Position numbers and translations under genes: made by a program. This document shows, in pieces, positions 1 to 9,286 of a DNA stretch of 29,228 bases. The stretch covers positions 1-29,228 of the IMG/VR virus record IMGVR_UViG_2778261380_000007; one strand, given 5' to 3'. This DNA is from a virus (Duplodnaviria; Heunggongvirae; Uroviricota; Caudoviricetes). Below the pieces are notes generated by a model. It did not search any database. It was given only the letters and a program-made list of their open reading frames with translations, and was not told the origin of the DNA. Numbering within the stretch: position 1 is the stretch's first letter; every line of letters begins with the position of its first letter.

Positions 1-1158
1 ATGCTCACTGTTAAGCAGATTGAAGCAGCAAAGCCGAAAGAAAAACCATACCGCCTTCTCGATGGTAATGGCCTGTACCTTTATGTCCCTGTATCCGGGA
101 AAAAGGTATGGCAGCTTCGCTACAAGATTGACGGTAAGGAGAAAATCCTGACCGTAGGAAAATATCCGCTAATGACTTTGCAGGAGGCAAGGGATAAGGC
201 ATGGACTGCGAGGAAAGACATCTCGGTTGGCATCGATCCGGTAAAGGCGAAAAAGGCTTCGTCTAACAACAATTCCTTTAGTGCGATTTACAAGGAATGG
301 TACGAGCACAAGAAGCAAGTCTGGTCAGTAGGCTATGCAACTGAACTTGCCAAAATGTTTGATGACGACATTTTACCCATCATCGGCGGTCTTGAGATTC
401 AGGATATTGAGCCGATGCAACTGCTGGAAGTAATCCGCAGATTTGAAGATCGCGGCGCAATGGAGCGAGCCAACAAAGCACGCAGAAGATGCGGCGAGGT
501 TTTCCGTTACGCTATTGTCACTGGTAGGGCTAAATATAACCCGGCACCTGACCTTGCTGACGCCATGAAGGGATACCGCAAGAAGAACTTCCCGTTTCTC
601 CCAGCAGACCAGATCCCTGCATTCAACAAAGCACTGGCAACATTTTCAGGAAGCATCATATCGCTCATTGCGACCAAAGTTTTACGCTACACAGCCCTAA
701 GAACGAAAGAGCTTCGTTCTATGCTATGGAATAACGTCGATTTTGAAAACAGGATTATCACTATCGACGCCAGTGTGATGAAGGGACGCAAGATTCATGT
801 GGTCCCGATGTCGGACCAGGTGGTTGAACTTCTCACTACGTTAAGCTCCATCACCAAACCAGTATCAGAGTTTGTTTTTGCCGGGCGTAACGATAAGAAG
901 AAGCCAATCTGCGAGAACGCGGTATTACTTGTGATCAAACGAATCGGCTATGAGGGTCTGGAAAGCGGTCACGGATTCAGGCATGAATTCAGCACGATTA
1001 TGAACGAGCACGAATGGCCTGCTGACGCTATTGAAGTGCAACTGGCACATGCCAACGGCGGATCTGTGCGCGGAATTTACAACCATGCTCAGTATCTCGA
1101 TAAGCGCAGAGAAATGATGCAGTGGTGGGCGGACTGGTTAGATGATAAGGTGGAGTGA
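1..1158 (+). CDS. int: Tyrosine integrase (P4/Sf6-type, with N-terminal arm-binding domain)
   Basis: 385-aa ORF. N-terminus KPKEKPYRLLDGNGLYLYV...GKKVWQLRYK matches the arm-binding domain pattern of P4-family integrases; C-terminal HGFRHE and RGIYNHAQY resemble the catalytic H-x-x-R and Tyr. Recognised from memory, no search run. Confidence 0.9.
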   Translation: MLTVKQIEAAKPKEKPYRLLDGNGLYLYVPVSGKKVWQLRYKIDGKEKILTVGKYPLMTLQEARDKAWTARKDISVGIDPVKAKKASSNNNSFSAIYKEWYEHKKQVWSVGYATELAKMFDDDILPIIGGLEIQDIEPMQLLEVIRRFEDRGAMERANKARRRCGEVFRYAIVTGRAKYNPAPDLADAMKGYRKKNFPFLPADQIPAFNKALATFSGSIISLIATKVLRYTALRTKELRSMLWNNVDFENRIITIDASVMKGRKIHVVPMSDQVVELLTTLSSITKPVSEFVFAGRNDKKKPICENAVLLVIKRIGYEGLESGHGFRHEFSTIMNEHEWPADAIEVQLAHANGGSVRGIYNHAQYLDKRREMMQWWADWLDDKVE

Positions 1159-1184
1159 ACCATCTTAAAAATCAATGAAAACAT

Positions 1185-1216
1185 GCAAGGCCTGGCACTC
1201 AAGTTACAGGCCTTGC
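1185..1216. terminator. Perfect 10-bp inverted repeat (GCAAGGCCTG / CAGGCCTTGC, 12-nt loop) between the convergent int and tailspike genes; candidate bidirectional terminator and/or part of attP
   Basis: Seen directly: stem 1185-1194 pairs with 1207-1216. T-rich tract follows on the - strand and AT-rich DNA (1217-1266) on the + side. Confidence 0.5.
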
Positions 1217-1266
1217 GCATACAATTTATCAACTAATAATTTAATTTTTTAAAATATCAATTAATT

Positions 1267-3441
1267 CTATCTAATCCTGAACATTACAATTGGAGCAGAG
1301 CCAGAAGATAAAGGGCCTGACCAATGGTATCTAATTCTGAAAGAAGACTCACTTGGAGTTCCGATAATTTCTATTGGACTTAAAGTTGCACCTTCTGCAG
1401 AACCAGCAGGTTGTCTAAACCCCAACACAGCAATCTGGTTTGGTGTTGGGGCATACAGAAAATTATGCTCAATATCAACCTCGTTAGATTCGCTACCTGT
1501 TGGGTTTGGCATATTCCACTCAATATAATCGTCAGTTGATTTCCCATTTATTGAGTTTCCAACTGTTGCCATAATCGTCCACGTACACGTCCTGTTAAGG
1601 GCTGCCATTCTATCACCTAAAAACCTATTATAACCATTTGCGCCTGAAGTGATTAATCTTATATTCTCTGATGCACATGTGCCAATGCTGTTAAATCCAG
1701 TGCAATCAGAAGAAAGCCCCTTCGCAGTTATATCTACGCTGTTCGCAAAACAAATTGTTGTTGAATTTACTGCATCGCGAATAAGAGCAGAACCCGAAAA
1801 CAAATTATCACACGAACCTCTTATATTATTACCACCGCCGGATAAGTAACATAAATTTCCTTTTATCCTCTTGGATGTAAAAGTAACATTGTTATTGTCA
1901 CCAGTAACAGAAAGAAGCGAGGCTTTAATAGGGGCATTGTCACTCTGTAACTGACCAATTTGGTTTATTGTAACTACATTGTTGTTGCCTGATATAGCTA
2001 TCTGATACCCATCATCATCAATTGAAGGTGAATATCTTTGTGCTTTTATATTGATGTTAAGTGTCCAGATTGTACCGTTATCCAGAAGCATGTCGCGGAG
2101 AGGAGAAATTGAATCGCCAGTGTAGTTATCTGGCATTCTTCCGCACGCCCTGGCTTCTGCGATGGCAACAACACCATGTGCCCCGTTGGTAAACCAGTAA
2201 CCACCTAAACTATTATCAACACACACATGCCTCGCATTGAATCGGTTAACACCCAGCGTCTTAAATCCATAGCCATAATACGCAGCATATACATGGATGT
2301 AATTTATATCGACATGTCCTGTATAAGGAGACTGATTATCAAGAACAATTCCATGACATGGTTCTCCGGGATAAAGAAGGCTTTGTTGGCTTGTTGCTGT
2401 TAATCTTGCGCTGTAAGGAGGAAGTCCACACAGGCCAAAAACAATATAATCCATGTTAATATCACCTGGCCCCCTGAACACAACCCCCTCTCTCCCTGAA
2501 ATTCTTCCCGTTATCCTCACTTCAGAGGCGTGTTCCTGATTATCATGAAATGATCCATACCCCTCTGAATAGAGAGCATGTTCTGCAACATTATTAATCT
2601 CAACGTCAATGTGGTACATGCTGCCGAATATTTTAATGGCAGTTCCATAGTCATTGTTAACAGTGTCGCAAGTTCTCCATGAGTTTGTATCTCTTTGCAA
2701 GTCAAGATAATTACCATCAATGGTCATATCTTTTATGCTAAATCCATATGGCGCATCAGACAGATTTTCCACAACGCCAAAGCCATGTGTTTTAAATACA
2801 TCTGTATTACTACCTTTTTTAACATACAGAAATGTTGCTCTCTTTCCAGAGCCTTTATGATGAACGCCTGTATAAAGAATGATAGGAGAATCTATTAAAT
2901 AAACACCTGGAGGGTAAAATATTTCCCCGCCACCATTATTAAAAGCAGCTAATGCTGCGGCATTAATGGCATCAGAATCTGATGTCAATCCATCTGCTTT
3001 AGCTCCATAGTATTGAGGTGTTTTCCTGATTGCATCGTAAACCGTTGAAGCGCCGAAACCGATATATTTACTACCATCTGTACCGCCAATAAGTAATTTA
3101 AACTGATCCGGGTCATACTTCAGCACATTCGGAAAATAGAACTGCTGTGTACCATACGCATCATAAACAGCCATAGAATGGCCTTGCACGGTTACGAATT
3201 TGGCAATCTGTCCGTTATATACCGGATATCCAGCAGCGTTAATGATTATTGGTTGCGAAACAGGAACGTGAGAACCGTCTTCATTCTCCACATAAACCTG
3301 AATCTGGTTTTCAGGATTTACTGGGTCAGTGTCAATTTTACCGATATAAATTTTGCCATTAGCTACGGCTTTAAAAGAGCGGGCCATAGTGAAGAGTTGC
3401 GAAGGCATGCTCACTACAACATTGGCTGTAATGTCTGTCAT
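1267..3441 (-). CDS. Tailspike protein (P22 gene 9 family): conserved N-terminal head-binding domain fused to a divergent receptor-binding domain
   Basis: 724-aa ORF. First ~110 aa ([43 protein letters not shown]...[10 protein letters not shown]) closely match the P22 tailspike head-binding domain as I recall it; the remainder is not P22-like and is more AT-rich. Confidence 0.9.
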   Translation of the reverse strand: MTDITANVVVSMPSQLFTMARSFKAVANGKIYIGKIDTDPVNPENQIQVYVENEDGSHVPVSQPIIINAAGYPVYNGQIAKFVTVQGHSMAVYDAYGTQQFYFPNVLKYDPDQFKLLIGGTDGSKYIGFGASTVYDAIRKTPQYYGAKADGLTSDSDAINAAALAAFNNGGGEIFYPPGVYLIDSPIILYTGVHHKGSGKRATFLYVKKGSNTDVFKTHGFGVVENLSDAPYGFSIKDMTIDGNYLDLQRDTNSWRTCDTVNNDYGTAIKIFGSMYHIDVEINNVAEHALYSEGYGSFHDNQEHASEVRITGRISGREGVVFRGPGDINMDYIVFGLCGLPPYSARLTATSQQSLLYPGEPCHGIVLDNQSPYTGHVDINYIHVYAAYYGYGFKTLGVNRFNARHVCVDNSLGGYWFTNGAHGVVAIAEARACGRMPDNYTGDSISPLRDMLLDNGTIWTLNINIKAQRYSPSIDDDGYQIAISGNNNVVTINQIGQLQSDNAPIKASLLSVTGDNNNVTFTSKRIKGNLCYLSGGGNNIRGSCDNLFSGSALIRDAVNSTTICFANSVDITAKGLSSDCTGFNSIGTCASENIRLITSGANGYNRFLGDRMAALNRTCTWTIMATVGNSINGKSTDDYIEWNMPNPTGSESNEVDIEHNFLYAPTPNQIAVLGFRQPAGSAEGATLSPIEIIGTPSESSFRIRYHWSGPLSSGSAPIVMFRIR

Positions 3442-3496
3442 TTAATTTGCTCCAGATACAAGGAATGGCCGCAGTGATGCATTATTAACCAAAAAA

Positions 3497-3515
3497 TACG
3501 ACCACCGTGGTCTTA
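3497..3515. promoter_or_regulatory. Mnt-operator-like palindrome TACGACCAC-C-GTGGTCTTA (core GACCAC-C-GTGGTC, 3500-3512)
   Basis: Seen directly: perfect 6-bp arms around a central C. It resembles the P22 mnt operator (AGGTCCAC-G-GTGGACCT as I recall it) with one change per half-site, and sits between the divergent tailspike and mnt genes. Confidence 0.6.
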
Positions 3516-3544
3516 TTGAGGATGCAACCAGCAGATAATAAGAT
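3516..3544 (+). promoter_or_regulatory. Candidate mnt promoter (-35 TTGAGG 3516-3521, 17-bp spacer, -10 TAAGAT 3539-3544)
   Basis: Hexamers read by eye, abutting the operator palindrome and ~30 bp upstream of the mnt start. Weak match to consensus. Confidence 0.3.
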
Positions 3545-3576
3545 GCCGATCCACTCACAAGAGCGAGGCATCAAGA

Positions 3577-3828
3577 ATGGGAAGAGATGACCCGCAATTT
3601 AATCTGCGGCTACCTTACGAATTAAAGGAAAAACTAAAACAGCGAGCCAAATCCAATGGCCGCTCTCTTAATTCAGAATTAGTTCAGATAGTGACTGATG
3701 CTGTATCAAAGCCATCCAAAATTTCAGGCTATCGAGACGATGCGGAACGCATCGCTGATGAGCAGTCCGAACTTGTTAAGAAGATGGTGTTTGATACGCT
3801 GAAGGATTTGTACAAAAAACCCACCTGA
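3577..3828 (+). CDS. mnt: Mnt-like ribbon-helix-helix repressor (Arc/MetJ family) with an Arc-type recognition beta-strand
   Basis: 83-aa ORF, near-identical in length and in its C-terminal two-thirds to P22 Mnt (...NGRSLNSELVQIV...YRDDAERIADEQSELVKKMVFDTLKDLYKK). N-terminal strand is PQFNLRLP (Arc-like) rather than Mnt PHFNFRMP. GAGG RBS upstream. Confidence 0.9.
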   Translation: MGRDDPQFNLRLPYELKEKLKQRAKSNGRSLNSELVQIVTDAVSKPSKISGYRDDAERIADEQSELVKKMVFDTLKDLYKKPT

Positions 3829-3927
3829 AGGTGAGTTAATTTTTGCATTTACCTGGGCCATATTGACTACTTATAAAATGAGATCAATATTTAATCGCCC
3901 AATAATGGGTGTATGTTGAGGTATATC

Positions 3928-4107
3928 ATGGCGAAAAAACCAGGTGAAAACACAGGAAAAAACGGCGGAATATACCAAGAAGTTGGCCCGCGCGGAGGTA
4001 AGAAAGACAATTTTGCCACCGTCAAGGACAACGAAAGGCTTCCGCCAACAACAAAGCCAGGTCATGGCTGGGTATTAGATAAGCGAACTCCAGACAGCAA
4101 AAAGTAA
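3928..4107 (+). CDS. Small conserved hypothetical protein (YjzC-like pattern, 59 aa)
   Basis: ATG at 3928 preceded by GAGG with 6-nt spacing (the ORF-track start at 3913 is probably too early); same strand as and 100 bp downstream of mnt; followed by a terminator. Motif KKPGENTGKNGGIYQEVGPRGG...HGW resembles YjzC-like small proteins (from memory, low certainty). Confidence 0.6.
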   Translation: MAKKPGENTGKNGGIYQEVGPRGGKKDNFATVKDNERLPPTTKPGHGWVLDKRTPDSKK

Positions 4108-4113
4108 TAATCA

Positions 4114-4135
4114 AGCCGGGTCACTCCGGCTTTTT
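4114..4135 (+). terminator. Rho-independent terminator of the mnt / small-ORF transcript
   Basis: Stem AGCCGG (4114-4119), loop GTCACT, stem CCGGCT (4126-4131), then TTTT (4132-4135), immediately after the 3928-4107 stop codon. Confidence 0.75.
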
Positions 4136-4486
4136 GATATGTCGCTCGCAGAACTCAACAAGCCTGCTCATTAAGTAGCAGTAAGTCTCGTTGGCTCTTC
4201 CTGGTTCAACATCAACGCCTACCCTTGAGCAGATATCGAATGCCATGTGAGCGCACTCATGGGCAATAGTAGATAGTTTGCCATTGAACACACCTATCAC
4301 ATGCAAAACACCATTCTCGCTGCTCATTGTATGAGACGCTCCGTTGGCATCCGAGTCCTGCACGTCCACGCCAAGTTTTTGATGCAGGCGTTGCCATTCT
4401 GGAAAGTCTCTGCAAAACACAATCGTACCGCTCTCAAAGAGCGGAACGAGCATCTTTGGTACGTTTCCAATGTTAACTTTTTTCAT
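4121..4486 (-). CDS. Small HEXXH protein, possibly a minimal ImmA/IrrE-like zinc metallopeptidase (121 aa)
   Basis: ORF with ATG at 4484-4486 and an AGGA RBS. Contains AHECAH followed ~20-25 aa later by acidic residues (VEPGRANE) and several Cys. Sense orientation relative to late transcription reading through from gene 16. Family assignment is inference. Confidence 0.5.
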   Translation of the reverse strand: MKKVNIGNVPKMLVPLFESGTIVFCRDFPEWQRLHQKLGVDVQDSDANGASHTMSSENGVLHVIGVFNGKLSTIAHECAHMAFDICSRVGVDVEPGRANETYCYLMSRLVEFCERHIKKPE

Positions 4487-4516
4487 GGTATCCTGCGCAA
4501 AACTAAGGAGGTTGGT

Positions 4517-4846
4517 GTGTTAGAAATAGTCGTACTCGCTCTTGGGATATCCTGTTGCGTACTATATGCAGGGTTAGCTGCCCTCAAGAAACAGGTTAAG
4601 GAATTAGATCGCTCACATGAAATTGATACAAAAATTGCGCGATTAACAGAAGAGAATAAACACTTAAAAAATTCCATAAGGGCACTAACTGATGACAACT
4701 ACAAACTGTCCCATGCATTGGCTAAGTGGGAAATAGTAAGTTATGAAAGAATGACCGACATGATTTTTTCGTCTTATATGGCTACAAAATCTCCTGAAAC
4801 ATCAGGAAAAGCAATAATTGCAGCCATTGAAAAGAGAATTAAATAG
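4517..4846 (+). CDS. Membrane-anchored coiled-coil protein (109 aa), AT-rich accessory gene; candidate superinfection-exclusion-type moron
   Basis: GTG start at 4517 preceded by a strong AAGGAGG RBS (4505-4511); the ORF-track start at 4301 is probably spurious upstream extension. N-terminal hydrophobic segment LEIVVLALGISCCVLYAGLAAL, then K/E-rich heptad-like sequence. Low GC. Occupies the position sieA has in P22. Confidence 0.5.
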   Translation: MLEIVVLALGISCCVLYAGLAALKKQVKELDRSHEIDTKIARLTEENKHLKNSIRALTDDNYKLSHALAKWEIVSYERMTDMIFSSYMATKSPETSGKAIIAAIEKRIK

Positions 4847-4865
4847 CCTTCCTTGGCGTTCATTT

Positions 4866-6707
4866 CTACTGCCTAGTAGCTTCGTTAGTTAGGAGAGGGC
4901 GAACGGCGTTAGCAGCCTGATTTAACGCTCGCTCATATGCCGGAGTTCCAGGCTTGACGTTTGCAAGGCGGAGAAGCATGTTTCTTGCTGCTTTAGACTC
5001 ATACAAACGCATCATTGCACCAAAGCCAGCCTCAAGCCCCATTGATACGCCAAGAGTCGCAGTTGCGCCAATCGTCCTTATCCGGTTGGCTTGCGATTGC
5101 CCCGTCTGAGTTACTACATTTGCGGTGTCTGACCTTGCTGTTTGCTGTAGAACTTCATGAAGAGAATCAAGCTCTTTCATGTGCTTTCCAGAAAAAATAG
5201 TGTTGTAAATTTCACCGCCTGACTGAGATTTCAGCTTATTAACTTCAGTGATGAACTTGGCTGGAGAGTCACCGGCCTTTTCCGCTATTTTGCTGACGTA
5301 AGCTGCACGCATAGCATCTTTCCCTTTATCATCCAATGCGCTCCAGATTCGTTTCACGTCAGATGGTTTTCTGCTTAATACAACAGTATTTATAAGTTCA
5401 GGACTGGCTTCACTGCTTGCCTTGTTGAGCTTGTTAGCAATGTTTTTATTAAGCACCTTATTATAAACGTTTGCATAATCGGAATTTGCTTTAAGGTATT
5501 TTGCTGCGTCTGACGCACCGAGGTTTTTTGCAACTGCGTTACGAAGGTCTTTTGACATTGCATTCTCTACCATATTGGTAGCTGCTTTTGCCTGGTTGGG
5601 GAAGACCATAGCATCTCCCTGAACATTAGATCTAAATGCTGTTCTGTGCTGACGCAAGAGATCAAACGTAACATCCAAATCAGTTGCAGGGTTTGCTAAT
5701 TCTTCACGCAGGTTACGCAAGGATGTAAGCAGGCTTTGATTGGCTGAAGTCCCAAGCCGTTCCTGTCTTGCGATCGCTGTATTCAGAGCATTCATGGTAT
5801 TTGTAGTATCAACTGCGGCATTACCCATTTTATTGGTGACGTCATTGATAACAGCGCCAGCAGCATCCTTCCGCCCCCTTAACGTGGTGGTCAGAGATTT
5901 CACCACATCATCAGGGTTGTACTCACCAAAACGGTCAAAATAATTGCTTACCAGCTTACTACGCGTTGCATATTGCTCTGCTCGCTTTGAGCCCGTCCCG
6001 AGCAAAGCCCCCTCGGCATCCTGAGTAAGGCCGCGAGTGAAAGCATTTTTCGGCGGGATAACATCAGATGTCATTGGTGTCACGCCCATCGATTCTGATG
6101 TGGCAATTTTCTTCGCCACTTCTGGCGCAATATCACCTTTTATAGCCGTTATTCCACGCCCTATTCCCTTTGCTGCTGCGGAAAGAACACCCTGAGCGGC
6201 AAGGTTAACTCCGGCATTTTTAGCTGCATTTTGTGCGAAATCGCCTTTCTGATTTGCGGCCTCTGCCAGCGATCCAATAGCCATGCTTCCTGCCGTTCCA
6301 ACTCCTGGAACTAAATACCCACCAATTGTTTCACCGGCTTGTGCGTATGGGTCTGTCGGTTTATCTACTGGACGATAAACATCATCCAAAACTTTTGGCC
6401 CACCAAGCCCCTGACTGATTGCATTAATCAGACTTGCGCCACCCTGCAATACGTCAAATGGTACGTTTACCAGACCACGACCAGCCTGTTCTGCAATTTG
6501 CCCTGCACTTTGACCACCAGTGAGCCAATCGCCAGCTTGTTGCATCAATGATGGTTCTTCCCGTGTTGGTGCATTATTGTCCTGATTAACTGTTTGTTGC
6601 TGAACAGCCTGACCAGCAAAATACTCATCAATGGCGGTGCCAATATCTTCGGTGCTCGTACCATCAGGAAAGGTAAATGTCTTACCGTTTGCAGTTACTT
6701 TCATCAT
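4866..6707 (-). CDS. Ejection (DNA transfer) protein, P22 gp16 homolog
   Basis: 613-aa ORF, N-terminus [30 protein letters not shown]; position and size as P22 gene 16; start overlaps the gp20 stop (ATGA). Confidence 0.85.
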   Translation of the reverse strand: MMKVTANGKTFTFPDGTSTEDIGTAIDEYFAGQAVQQQTVNQDNNAPTREEPSLMQQAGDWLTGGQSAGQIAEQAGRGLVNVPFDVLQGGASLINAISQGLGGPKVLDDVYRPVDKPTDPYAQAGETIGGYLVPGVGTAGSMAIGSLAEAANQKGDFAQNAAKNAGVNLAAQGVLSAAAKGIGRGITAIKGDIAPEVAKKIATSESMGVTPMTSDVIPPKNAFTRGLTQDAEGALLGTGSKRAEQYATRSKLVSNYFDRFGEYNPDDVVKSLTTTLRGRKDAAGAVINDVTNKMGNAAVDTTNTMNALNTAIARQERLGTSANQSLLTSLRNLREELANPATDLDVTFDLLRQHRTAFRSNVQGDAMVFPNQAKAATNMVENAMSKDLRNAVAKNLGASDAAKYLKANSDYANVYNKVLNKNIANKLNKASSEASPELINTVVLSRKPSDVKRIWSALDDKGKDAMRAAYVSKIAEKAGDSPAKFITEVNKLKSQSGGEIYNTIFSGKHMKELDSLHEVLQQTARSDTANVVTQTGQSQANRIRTIGATATLGVSMGLEAGFGAMMRLYESKAARNMLLRLANVKPGTPAYERALNQAANAVRPLLTNEATRQ

Positions 6708-8119
6708 TCCACCGTAAATTGAATGCCTGATTTTGAGGTATATGATCCAACCTGATTCCGTGGTTCTCCTGAAGGTGTCGAATCTTGTGCTGGCGCTGCG
6801 TCAGTATTCATTGACATATAACGCTTAACGGCACTCCCCAATGATTCACCTTTTTTAACATCCAACCCCAATATCTGACCGCCATTACGCGATTGTCCAG
6901 GGTTGCCATTCGCGCTCATCCACTCGGCTTTAAACTCATTAAACTGCGCGTTTCGTCGCTCAAGGTTTGCCATTGCATCAAGCCATCTTGCGACCGTCTC
7001 AGGGTTATCCATGTCAGTTGGCGCACCCTGTCGAACGATCTCAACGTCTTTATCCGTTGCTGGGCCGGGAGGTAGGAATTTAAGAACCTGACTGTTAACA
7101 AGGGCATTTTGGCGAATGCGCAAATCACGCAATGTTGTATCGCTTCCGGTAAGTTTTGCGAACATGTTCTGTGCGTTACCGAACAAACCTGTCGTTGGTT
7201 TTTCTGCTCTGAACTGTTGAGCAAGCGCACTCATAGAATTGGCTGAGTTTGATGATGCTGTAGCATTGTTTACAGCCGTCTCGATGCCTTTTTCCATGTT
7301 TACTGACAGCTTAGGTGCTTCGCTAATCAACTGCTGAGCCTTTTCCTGCGCTTGCTGCATCTTAAACCCGAACTCTTGCTGATCCAGAGCCAAGCGTTGT
7401 GCTGCGATATTGTGCCCAGTCATTGCTGACTGATAGGAAAGGTTTTGCCCTCTCGCCTGAAGTGCCTCGCCAGCCTGATTGCTGCGGATTGTCTCTGCCA
7501 GCCTGCCTCGGTCAATTTCACGACCAGCCATCTTATCCTGAACAGCAAACGCCTTTTCTGGTCCAAGCGCACCGAGAGACATAGTAGTCAGCATGTGTGA
7601 TAGCTGCTCTGGATTCTGGATACCTGTCTGAATCATCCAGTCAGCATTAGCACCAACGCGATTTAACCTGTCCTTGTTGTCAGTAATGAATTTACTGTAG
7701 GCTTCCGGTCCCTGAGAAAGAGCGACGTTAGCCCTCATGGCTAAATCGCCCATATCGTTGCGTTGCTGATCATTAAGACCGGAAAACGCCTGTTGTGCCT
7801 GTGCAACAAACGCTGGATTTTCCTGGGCAAACTTAAATAGTCCCGATGGATCACCAGAAGCCCATGCATCAGCGTGAACCTTATTGAACGCACTAATAGC
7901 TTTATGTTGCTGTTCCTGATTGTAAATATCAGCAACTCCAGCCAGACCACGTAACGCGGTCAGGCCAACGTTATTTGCACCTGAGCGAGCCAGTTCATTG
8001 TTTTCGCGGATCAGACCAAGCGTTGCGTTAATGTCGCTTGCCTTTGGCGCATTCTCATTTTGCGTACCGATGCCAGCCAGAAAACCACCAGAATTAATAC
8101 CCTGTTGCCACGTAGCCAT
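6704..8119 (-). CDS. Ejection protein, P22 gp20 homolog
   Basis: 471-aa ORF (same length as P22 gp20), in the conserved 7-20-16 order. Confidence 0.85.
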   Translation of the reverse strand: MATWQQGINSGGFLAGIGTQNENAPKASDINATLGLIRENNELARSGANNVGLTALRGLAGVADIYNQEQQHKAISAFNKVHADAWASGDPSGLFKFAQENPAFVAQAQQAFSGLNDQQRNDMGDLAMRANVALSQGPEAYSKFITDNKDRLNRVGANADWMIQTGIQNPEQLSHMLTTMSLGALGPEKAFAVQDKMAGREIDRGRLAETIRSNQAGEALQARGQNLSYQSAMTGHNIAAQRLALDQQEFGFKMQQAQEKAQQLISEAPKLSVNMEKGIETAVNNATASSNSANSMSALAQQFRAEKPTTGLFGNAQNMFAKLTGSDTTLRDLRIRQNALVNSQVLKFLPPGPATDKDVEIVRQGAPTDMDNPETVARWLDAMANLERRNAQFNEFKAEWMSANGNPGQSRNGGQILGLDVKKGESLGSAVKRYMSMNTDAAPAQDSTPSGEPRNQVGSYTSKSGIQFTVE

Positions 8120-8129
8120 TGATTACCCC

Positions 8130-8825
8130 TTAATAAAGCAGTGAACCAAGCAGACCGATACCAGCACCGATACCAGCACCCCACGGAGTTGATGAACCAA
8201 TTAATTTCGCAAGTCCAGCCCCAGCAATAGCACCAGACGCACCTCCGCCAATAGCAGATTGCATTGCTGATGGTCTGTTGGCATTTGCCGCTGCAAGAGC
8301 CGCACTTTGCTGCGAAATCTGACTCATGTTGTTGGCATATGTCTGCCCGGCGTTTGCCTGACCTTGCAGTGCGCCAAGACCAATATTTGCCAGATTCTGG
8401 TAGTTGTTCATCTGACCAGATAGCCATTGCTGACCAAGCGTTGGTGCGATTGTTGCTAACTGATTACCGGTTGCAGTGGAACCCAATCCACCTGTTGCTT
8501 CCGCTGCCGCCAGACTCTGATAGCGAGCCTGACCAGCAAGATCTTTGTACTGCTGAGAGTTGTAATACTGGTTAAGTGCCTGACCTTGCCCTTCCAGAGA
8601 CGATAAGTTCTCGAGGCTGCCGACATACTTATCAGCCAGAGGAGTAAACGGCTTCAGGTTGTTCATGATGGTGTTGAACTGCTGATTTTGCAGGTCTGCG
8701 GCATACTTCTGAGCTTCTGCTGCATACTTTGCGCTTTTATCAGAACTGCCACCTTTCCCGCCTTTTTCATGGCAATAAGGTTCCTCGCCGCGCAGTTTTC
8801 TGCCCAGCTTAAATGCATATAACAT
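8130..8825 (-). CDS. Ejection protein, P22 gp7 homolog
   Basis: 231-aa ORF with Gly/Ala-rich C-terminal hydrophobic region; synteny 14-7-20-16. Confidence 0.8.
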   Translation of the reverse strand: MLYAFKLGRKLRGEEPYCHEKGGKGGSSDKSAKYAAEAQKYAADLQNQQFNTIMNNLKPFTPLADKYVGSLENLSSLEGQGQALNQYYNSQQYKDLAGQARYQSLAAAEATGGLGSTATGNQLATIAPTLGQQWLSGQMNNYQNLANIGLGALQGQANAGQTYANNMSQISQQSAALAAANANRPSAMQSAIGGGASGAIAGAGLAKLIGSSTPWGAGIGAGIGLLGSLLY

Positions 8826-8827
8826 GG

Positions 8828-9286
8828 CTATCTCCCGTGATTCAGGAAGTCGATTAGTTCTTCGCGTGTGGCGCTGTAAAACGTCACGTCATCAACGCCT
8901 TTGAAGTATTTCTTGATGGTTCCTACACGCTTAAGGCCAATCATTGCGCAGTACATCTGACCGTGGCGGAATTTGCGTGCAGCGAACGATGTGACGCACT
9001 GAACAGTGGTGTTAGTCAGAATGTATCGCCAGAACGCCAGCCCGATTTCCTTGCTGAAGCCACGAACCTCTGGCAGGTACATGGCGTGGCAATCGAATGT
9101 CAGCGGCTGAATCTCCTGATAGTAAACAATGCCGCCAAACTGACCGTGCACGTTAACCTCAAAGTAACGGCATTCAGGCTTGTAGTCGTATCCATCACCG
9201 TTGTTGCTCCCGGCAATAATGTCAGGGTGATTTCCGACTGCTTCGATCAGGTCGATGTTTCGCGTTGGTTTGAACTGAATCATCAC
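8828..9286 (-). CDS. P22 gp14-like protein
   Basis: 152-aa ORF between tail needle and gp7; start overlaps the tail-needle stop (ATGA). Confidence 0.7.
   Translation of the reverse strand: MMIQFKPTRNIDLIEAVGNHPDIIAGSNNGDGYDYKPECRYFEVNVHGQFGGIVYYQEIQPLTFDCHAMYLPEVRGFSKEIGLAFWRYILTNTTVQCVTSFAARKFRHGQMYCAMIGLKRVGTIKKYFKGVDDVTFYSATREELIDFLNHGR

Noticed and set aside
3178-3477. 99-aa + strand ORF overlapping the tailspike 5' end
   Set aside because: Antisense to a well-supported tailspike gene; no RBS.
3442-3576. Possible Pant-like promoter driving the tailspike from the - strand
   Set aside because: No convincing -35/-10 pair could be read by eye on the - strand; only the operator palindrome is reported.
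3871-4065. 64-aa - strand ORF
   Set aside because: Antisense to the small + strand gene that has an RBS and terminator; likely spurious.
4301-4516. 5' extension of the + strand ORF (ORF-track start at 4301)
   Set aside because: The extension runs antisense through the HEXXH gene and has no RBS; the GTG at 4517 has a strong RBS.
4483-4698. 71-aa - strand ORF whose stop overlaps the HEXXH gene start (ATGA), which would make a two-gene - strand operon
   Set aside because: It lies antisense to the better-supported + strand gene (strong AAGGAGG RBS, membrane anchor and coiled coil) and its Ser/Thr/Leu/Phe-rich composition looks like antisense translation of AT-rich coding DNA. Left as an alternative model.
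8011-8427. 138-aa - strand ORF spanning the gp20/gp7 boundary
   Set aside because: Alternative frame overlapping two conserved ejection-protein genes; Cys/Trp-rich composition suggests an artefact.
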